Assembly (NCBI GenBank): GCA_038213895.1
Contig: JBBQSL010000005.1
Coordinates: 1 to 41,383, forward strand
Source of the DNA: Kiritimatiellales bacterium
GTDB taxonomy: Bacteria > Verrucomicrobiota > Kiritimatiellia > Kiritimatiellales > Tichowtungiaceae
Direction of reading: 5' to 3'
DNA: 41,383 bases
A program made the translations under genes and the position numbers. The notes below the pieces were generated by a model. That model had not been told where the DNA came from. It ran no database searches and saw only the letters and a list, made by a program, of their open reading frames with translations. Positions within the stretch are counted from its first letter, which is position 1; each line of letters begins with the position of its first letter. Below are positions 36,182-41,383 of this stretch, in pieces.

Positions 36182-37620
36182 AGAAGACTTCCAAGGATTA
36201 GAACGCCGATGCTAAGCGCACCGATCAGCCAGGTCTGCGGATCGCGAGCGGCAAATTCAAGCGGATCATCGGACAGCTCTCCCCGGGCGGCTAGCAACCA
36301 GACCCGAGCGATCCAATATAAAAACAGCGGACAGATTAGCCAAAGTACCGCCGGATGGTTATAAAATTGCACAACCTTTTCGCTGTTGATATATAGCGCG
36401 AGAACCAGCACGGCGACACATCCGCTGCCGGTACCAAAGCCGGCCAGCATCGGCAGATCGGCGGCGCAGTACCCGCGTCCGCGCACCAGAACCTTTTCAC
36501 CCTGATCCAGCGAGGCTTCACGCAGTTCGGCGTAGCGTTTGACCATGGCGAGACTAAAGAAAAGGAAAATAGAGAACGCAATCAGCCACGTTGACGTTTC
36601 GATATCATAGGCCGCCGTACCCGCGAGAATACGAATCGCATAGAGCCCCGCCAAGGTCATCACGTCGAGCAGCGCAACCTGCTTGAGTCTCCATGAATAA
36701 AGCGTGGTAATGACGAGATAAATCAGCAGAACGGCAATAAAGGTTCGCGACAGCATCTGCGCAACGCCCAGTGCCGCCAGAACAAGTAACGGCGAAACAA
36801 CAACTGCCATTTTCAAATTCACATTGCCTGCCGCGAAGGGACGGTTTTTTTTGCGCGGATGATGTTGATCCGCATGCAGGTCGAAGAGGTCGTTGAAAAT
36901 ATAAATGGCCGACGCCGCAAAACTGAAGGCAAAGAATGCGAGTACGGCTTTGACATACAACGCGGGCGTTGTCAGTTCGTGCGCCAGTATCATTGGCAGG
37001 AAAATGAGGCTGTTTTTTGTCCATTGATGAATGCGTAGCGCTTTGAGCCAGGTTTTCAGCCGCGCCGGACGGTCTTCGAACAGTTGCACAGTCTGGTTCT
37101 TGAGTGCACGGCGTACCGATCCACAAGGATTAACGACGATAATCTCGGTGGCGGCTTCCCAGACCGGCAGATCATCGGTGGAATTACCGGCATAATCGAA
37201 CCCTTTTTCGCCGAAGCGGGCAACGAGCGCGTCGCGCTTACAGGCGGCTTTAAGATTAGTAACTCCATCGCTGGCCATGACCTCTGAGAAAAGACCGAGA
37301 TGCGCGGCAACGGCGCGGGCGGGGGTCTCGTCCGAAGCGGTCACTAAAATCAGTTCGCGACCTTTCTCCCGCTCGGTTTTCAAAAAGGCCAGCAGACCGG
37401 GATGGTATGGTAAGGCGGCTGGGTCGAGCTGTATCTCCTGCGCGACCTGCCGCTTAAAAGCGGCCAGCCCATTGGCGGTCCAACGCGGAATAGAAAACAA
37501 TATTTCTGGCCGGGTACGGATGAGTAGTAACAAGGCCTGCGCAAAGGTGTCGGTCTTCACCAGTGTTCCATCGAGATCAACGCACAGCGGGATTTCCCCT
37601 TTTTCAGGCTTCTCAGTCAT
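36178..37620 (-). CDS. fusion of HAD-superfamily phosphatase (N-terminal) and UbiA-family prenyltransferase (C-terminal)
   Basis: N-terminal HAD motif I 'CVDLDGTLVKTDT'. The C-terminal half has eight or nine TM helices and the UbiA aspartate-rich motif 'NDLFDLHADQHHPRKKNRPFAAG'. Confidence 0.75.
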   Translation of the reverse strand: MTEKPEKGEIPLCVDLDGTLVKTDTFAQALLLLIRTRPEILFSIPRWTANGLAAFKRQVAQEIQLDPAALPYHPGLLAFLKTEREKGRELILVTASDETPARAVAAHLGLFSEVMASDGVTNLKAACKRDALVARFGEKGFDYAGNSTDDLPVWEAATEIIVVNPCGSVRRALKNQTVQLFEDRPARLKTWLKALRIHQWTKNSLIFLPMILAHELTTPALYVKAVLAFFAFSFAASAIYIFNDLFDLHADQHHPRKKNRPFAAGNVNLKMAVVVSPLLVLAALGVAQMLSRTFIAVLLIYLVITTLYSWRLKQVALLDVMTLAGLYAIRILAGTAAYDIETSTWLIAFSIFLFFSLAMVKRYAELREASLDQGEKVLVRGRGYCAADLPMLAGFGTGSGCVAVLVLALYINSEKVVQFYNHPAVLWLICPLFLYWIARVWLLAARGELSDDPLEFAARDPQTWLIGALSIGVLILGSLL

Positions 37621-37773
37621 GCGCGGCAGTATTCAGAAGATTGCCGGCAAGTTCAATCCTGTTTTATCCCACTTAAAATTTCATAGTATTCATCTCCTTC
37701 GTTTTACATTGTAACGGCAACCCCCGATCTGTTCAAATTGGCAATGAGCTGAAGTCCTTGGAATATTGAAATA

Positions 37774-38535
37774 ATGAACCCACTAGAAAACATCCGTATT
37801 GTACTCGTCGATCCCAAATATGCTGGGAACATCGGCTCAATCTGCCGCGTTATGATGAACATGGGAGTCACCGACCTCGCACTGGTTACCCCCGGGGAAC
37901 ATCTCGACTGGGAGGAAGCGCGCAAACTCGCCTACAACGCTGAAGACCTGCTGGATCGCCTGAAAACTTTCCAAACCTTGGAAGAAGCGGTCGCCGATTG
38001 TACCGTCGTCGCCGGAACCAGTGCCCGCACCGGATTTTACCGTGACCACGCCTACCTGCCGCGCGAAATCGCACCCGTCATCCTCGACTCCGCCGTACAC
38101 CATAAAGCCGCGCTGGTTTTTGGCCGCGAAGATAAGGGGCTATTCAATGAAGAAATCGCCGTCTGCACGCATATCATCAACATTCCATCGAGCGAACTCT
38201 ACCGCTCGCTGAACCTCTCGCACGCCGTCATGGTCTGCTGCTACGAACTCTTCCTACTGGCAAACAACCCGTCCTATGCACCGCCGGAAGAATGTTCATC
38301 CGAAGCCAACGGACAAATGCGCGAAAGACTCTACGAAGCCTGGAGTTCCATGATGCTGGAGACCGGATTTTGCGAAAAAGAGAAACTCGACCACATGATG
38401 CTTGGATTGCGCCGCATTTTCAGCCGGGGAAAACTCACCGAAAACGATGCTCGAATTCTGCTTGGACTCGCCAAACAGTCGCGCTGGGTGGCCAAAGAAG
38501 TGTGCCGATTGAAAGAAAAACAAGATCTAACCTGA
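37774..38535 (+). CDS. trmJ: tRNA (cytidine/uridine-2'-O)-methyltransferase, SpoU/TrmH class (TrmJ-like)
   Basis: 'IRIVLVDPKYAGNIGSICRVMMNMG' and the SPOUT core 'LVFGREDKGL...NLSHAVMV'. Confidence 0.75.
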   Translation: MNPLENIRIVLVDPKYAGNIGSICRVMMNMGVTDLALVTPGEHLDWEEARKLAYNAEDLLDRLKTFQTLEEAVADCTVVAGTSARTGFYRDHAYLPREIAPVILDSAVHHKAALVFGREDKGLFNEEIAVCTHIINIPSSELYRSLNLSHAVMVCCYELFLLANNPSYAPPEECSSEANGQMRERLYEAWSSMMLETGFCEKEKLDHMMLGLRRIFSRGKLTENDARILLGLAKQSRWVAKEVCRLKEKQDLT

Positions 38536-38542
38536 GCCCCTA

Positions 38543-38781
38543 GCCTATCTATTATACGCATAATAAAATCCGGGTAGATGTTGACCGCAAAGACGTGAAG
38601 AGAAGAAATAACGTTCCAACCATTGATAAAATGCTCCCGAATTTCTCCAATATCTGGAACCCTCAAACCAGTTTTCTACCCCTCTTCTTCGCGTCTTTAC
38701 GGTCAAAAAATTATCCAGTCTATGGATTAAATTAAACGACGGAGGGTCTATGGAATTAGGCGTATAATAGAATAGATAGGC
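38543..38781. repeat. MITE-like long imperfect palindrome (element B), about 240 bp, filling the trmJ / small-membrane-protein intergenic region
   Basis: Terminal inverted repeats GCCTATCTATTATACGC / GCGTATAATAGAATAGATAGGC. Internal arms TTGACCGCAAAGACGTGAAGAGAAG / CTTCTTCGCGTCTTTACGGTCAA. The tabulated ORF 38331-38666 inside it is probably spurious. Confidence 0.55.
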
Positions 38782-38783
38782 CT

Positions 38784-39050
38784 TTAGCCGCGCTTATACC
38801 CGGGCCGGTGATGCCAAAGATGACGGTGCACGTACCGCGAAAAAGCCACCATCACCAGCAGCACCGTGAAAATCAAGGTGAGGATTAAAGTAAAACGCCC
38901 GCGATGCCCTTCGGTGAGATAAGCTTCTTCTGAAAAAAAATAGGCTGAAAGAAGTCCGCCGACTACCAGTACAAAAAAGGCAAGCAACAGCAGACCTCGA
39001 TACGGCCTCAACCTAAACATCGGAACTCTGTCACCCAACATAATCATCAT
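38784..39050 (-). CDS. hypothetical small membrane protein (2 TM)
   Basis: 88 aa with two hydrophobic helices. Confidence 0.4.
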   Translation of the reverse strand: MMIMLGDRVPMFRLRPYRGLLLLAFFVLVVGGLLSAYFFSEEAYLTEGHRGRFTLILTLIFTVLLVMVAFSRYVHRHLWHHRPGYKRG

Positions 39051-39107
39051 TTATCCATTTGCTAAGATGCCTCGAATCTTAGAGCCACCTTACTGGGAGA
39101 TAAAGCA

Positions 39108-40511
39108 TTATTTAGCAAGAAACCGTTTCACAGCATCTTCAGTCAGGAAGCCGGTCGGCCCGGCAGCTTTTTTTAACGCAGAAATAACGTCCGCCACCGT
39201 GGCATCAGGATGGTTCTGTCTATAGAGCGCATCAAGGTGCGCCACATAGGCGGCGGAAACAGAGGTGCCTTGCGAGTTACCCACAGAGCCGGGCGCTATA
39301 ATATCTACAGAATCACCGTAGTTGGAATAGTCCGCCAAACGATCTCCATCTGAGGATGCGACACCCACGACATCGTGACAGGCCGCCGGATACATGGGCT
39401 TGTCGGTGCTTCCATTGCCGACGGCAGCATAGACAGAGTGGCCATTCGCAATCGCATATTGCACCGCGTATTCAATAAAGCTACTGGGCACTTCCGACCC
39501 CCAGCTGAGGCTGATCGGTCCCGTGCTGTTTTTTACGGCATAGGTCATCGCGTTCATTAAAGTAAAGGAGTCCGCTGTGCCGTCGTCCTCGAAGGCTTTG
39601 ACGGCCACAACGGACACGCCTTCTCCAACCGGACTGCAATAGGGATCGAGGAGTCCGGCAGCGAGCTGCGCCATTAAGGTGCCGTGCCCGACGGCATCGG
39701 CGGTGAGCGGCGTGCCGGGATTGGTGGCATCAAAGGCGCTGATGACCGCGCGATTGAGATTCCCGTCGGGCAATAAGCCGGTATCCAGAACCGCAACGGC
39801 GATCGGACGGTCGCCGGTCGGCGCGTTCCATTGCGCCGGAGCACTGGCCGCACCTTTTCCGCCCGGCAGAAGGCGCGGCACGTCGTAAACATAGTTGGGC
39901 TCGGCAAGAGCAATACTGCCGTCGTTGCCCAATTGGGTCGCGAGATCAAGGACGTTAGCGCCCTCAGGCAAAAGAATACGATAAATACCCATTTCGGCAT
40001 TAACGGCAATAACGGTTCCTCCCATGCTGACAAGTAACGTACGTAACGTGTCCATGGAGGCGCCAGGTTTAAAGCCAATGAGAATTTCCCGAGTCATAAA
40101 TCGGAATTTACCATCCAGAGAGGTTTCAATACGGCGCACGCGACGCAACGGTTTTACGGATGAAGCATAGCCTTCGCGAAATACACGTATGCCGTTAAGC
40201 CGGGTAAACTGACCGAGAGGCCCGGTCTCACGCCGCCAGTCGAGCAGGTAACTATAAGGCGGTAGCAACCGGTCAAGCACCGTTTCGACATCCGCCGCGT
40301 TGTAGGATCCGGTAATCATTTTCTGCGCGGCAGGATCAATCTGTACATCGATTCCAGCGGCGGCGAAATATTCAAGCAGTTCCGAAAGCGGCTCTTCCTG
40401 CGCGGTAAGCCAGAGTCGATTCTGGTCGAGGCGGAATTCTGATACACCGGCCTGGGCAAAAGCCGTTGTGATGCAAAAGGCTAAAAGGATAAATCTGAAA
40501 TGGTTACGCAT
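39108..40511 (-). CDS. S8-family (subtilisin-like) serine peptidase, secreted
   Basis: Catalytic Asp 'VAVLDTG', His 'HGT' and Ser 'GTSVSAAYVA'. Signal peptide 'MRNHFRFILLAFCITTAFA'. Start taken at the ATG at 40511; the tabulated start at 40547 is TTG. Confidence 0.8.
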   Translation of the reverse strand: MRNHFRFILLAFCITTAFAQAGVSEFRLDQNRLWLTAQEEPLSELLEYFAAAGIDVQIDPAAQKMITGSYNAADVETVLDRLLPPYSYLLDWRRETGPLGQFTRLNGIRVFREGYASSVKPLRRVRRIETSLDGKFRFMTREILIGFKPGASMDTLRTLLVSMGGTVIAVNAEMGIYRILLPEGANVLDLATQLGNDGSIALAEPNYVYDVPRLLPGGKGAASAPAQWNAPTGDRPIAVAVLDTGLLPDGNLNRAVISAFDATNPGTPLTADAVGHGTLMAQLAAGLLDPYCSPVGEGVSVVAVKAFEDDGTADSFTLMNAMTYAVKNSTGPISLSWGSEVPSSFIEYAVQYAIANGHSVYAAVGNGSTDKPMYPAACHDVVGVASSDGDRLADYSNYGDSVDIIAPGSVGNSQGTSVSAAYVAHLDALYRQNHPDATVADVISALKKAAGPTGFLTEDAVKRFLAK

Positions 40512-40565
40512 AAAGAGGAAGGTAGCAAACGGCTGAACAAATGGCAATCCGCAGGGTCTAATATA

Positions 40566-40685
40566 GACAAGGCAGGCTGGAAGCCCGCGGTACGTATAGA
40601 CAAGGCAGGCTGGAAGCCCGCGTTACGTATCGACAAGGCAGGCTGGAAGCCTGCGATACGTACCGCAGGCTTTCAGCCTGCCTTG
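40566..40685. repeat. three tandem copies of a 33-bp repeat (GACAAGGCAGGCTGGAAGCCCGCGGTACGTATA); the last copy extends into a 22-bp-stem hairpin
   Basis: Units lie at 40566-40598, 40599-40631 and 40632 onward. The third unit runs into CAAGGCAGGCTGGAAGCCTGCG-ATACGTA-CCGCAGGCTTTCAGCCTGCCTTG. The region lies in the divergent intergenic space between the S8 peptidase and the next gene. Confidence 0.8.
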
Positions 40686-40751
40686 ACCTGAATATCATCC
40701 ACGGACTTTATCCTTCCGGTCAGGCTGCGAGCAGCGTATGTTGAGAAAACT

Positions 40752-41383
40752 ATGAATAATGGAACTTGCAGGGGGTTCGTTTTGCTGGCGGTTTTTACCG
40801 TTGGTTTGGGGTGTTCGTTTGCCGAGGATCTAGATACCGCGCTGGAGGCGCAAAAAAAGAAGCCCCAACGCCGGGTTTATTCAGACAGCGCACTGCTTCA
40901 CGACCAAAAATTAACTGTTCCTAAAGGGGTTACTGAACAGGAAAAGGCGGTTGATAAGGAATTGCGGGCGATGGAGGCCAAGCTGGACGCTCAGGCCAAG
41001 GCTGAGCAACCTATGAAAATGCCCCCCATGACGGCAAGACCGACCGTCACCACGGCTACGGCTCGTCCGACAGAAAACAAAAACTGGCTGACTCAAGCTG
41101 TATTAGATGAACAGGCTGCCCTGTCACGACCTGATGATAAGCAAGACGATTGGCTTGTCCGCGAAATGTCCCGGCAAAAAGAGTTAAAGGGAGCGCAATC
41201 CAAAGAAAAAGATGCCGGGCAGATTGAAAAGCTTCTGCTTGAAAAAAAACAGTTACAGAGCAATTCGCCGGAAATGGAGCGTTTGAAACAATATCAACTT
41301 GCTCCACCGAAGCTCTTCGGCATGAAAGATAGAGACCTCGATATCCCCGCGTATATGACCCCGAACAGCGGGACACCCGACCC
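40752..41383 (+). CDS. hypothetical secreted protein, partial (runs off the window end)
   Basis: Found by manual translation from the ATG at 40752. Signal peptide 'MNNGTCRGFVLLAVFTVGLGCSFA'. The frame then stays open for 210 codons through Lys/Glu/Gln-rich sequence to the window end. Confidence 0.5.
   Translation, partial: MNNGTCRGFVLLAVFTVGLGCSFAEDLDTALEAQKKKPQRRVYSDSALLHDQKLTVPKGVTEQEKAVDKELRAMEAKLDAQAKAEQPMKMPPMTARPTVTTATARPTENKNWLTQAVLDEQAALSRPDDKQDDWLVREMSRQKELKGAQSKEKDAGQIEKLLLEKKQLQSNSPEMERLKQYQLAPPKLFGMKDRDLDIPAYMTPNSGTPD

Noticed and set aside
38331-38666. 111-aa minus-strand ORF inside element B
   Set aside because: It lies within the palindromic MITE-like element, overlaps the end of trmJ, and has no domain features.
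40566-40685. Possible CRISPR array
   Set aside because: The units are directly adjacent with no unique spacers, and there are only three copies.
40500-40691. Tabulated 63-aa ORF with three 'DKAGWKPA' repeats
   Set aside because: It is the translation of the 33-bp tandem DNA repeat in the intergenic region. It overlaps the S8 peptidase signal-peptide start and has no start-site support.

Overview
The window is a bacterial chromosomal segment with 40 or more genes on both strands, judged from gene content and operon structure. Its gene content is compatible with a PVC-group (Verrucomicrobia-like) genome, but this is a guess and the phylum cannot be proven from sequence alone.

Housekeeping content is clear: tRNA-Phe(GAA), tpiA-secG, ispD, a cspA-family gene, the pgpH-ybeY-corC cluster, ygiQ, trmJ, an RluA-family pseudouridine synthase, ppnP, a flotillin/NfeD pair, an Opp/Dpp-type peptide ABC transporter and a RelE/ParE toxin-antitoxin pair.

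The outstanding feature is a single 1107-aa ORF (19359-22682) that fuses four domains in order: a TPP-dependent 2-oxoacid dehydrogenase E1 alpha domain, an E1 beta domain, a lipoyl domain with the DKA motif, and a complete FabH/KAS III condensing enzyme with its Cys-His-Asn triad. A SET-domain methyltransferase gene follows 5 nt downstream. I cannot recall this architecture as characterised. I read it as a candidate CoA-independent route that primes fatty-acid or polyketide synthesis directly from 2-oxoacids.

Other notable items:
- An IS200-like Y1 transposase with a DnaA-C-terminal HTH sits between oppB and oppC, bounded by perfect 27-bp terminal inverted repeats, and it supplies the start codon of oppC.
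- A roughly 135-bp dispersed intergenic repeat has three copies. One copy is split by a nested 225-bp palindromic MITE-like insertion.
- A second, unrelated MITE-like palindrome lies at 38543-38781.
- A 33-bp tandem repeat occurs three times, with a related copy elsewhere in the window.
- An in-frame GC-rich palindromic insertion lies inside ygiQ.
- An MmeI-family (type IIL RM) gene has lost its target-recognition domain and overlaps ygiQ by 8 nt.
- A HAD-phosphatase/UbiA-prenyltransferase fusion is translationally coupled to a nucleotidyltransferase.
- A promoter-like leader is duplicated in front of two adjacent genes.
- An IS4-like transposase fragment and a NERD protein flank the 3' side of tRNA-Phe.

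The ORF track uses alternative start codons; at least three tabulated starts (26283, 11785, 40547) are TTG.
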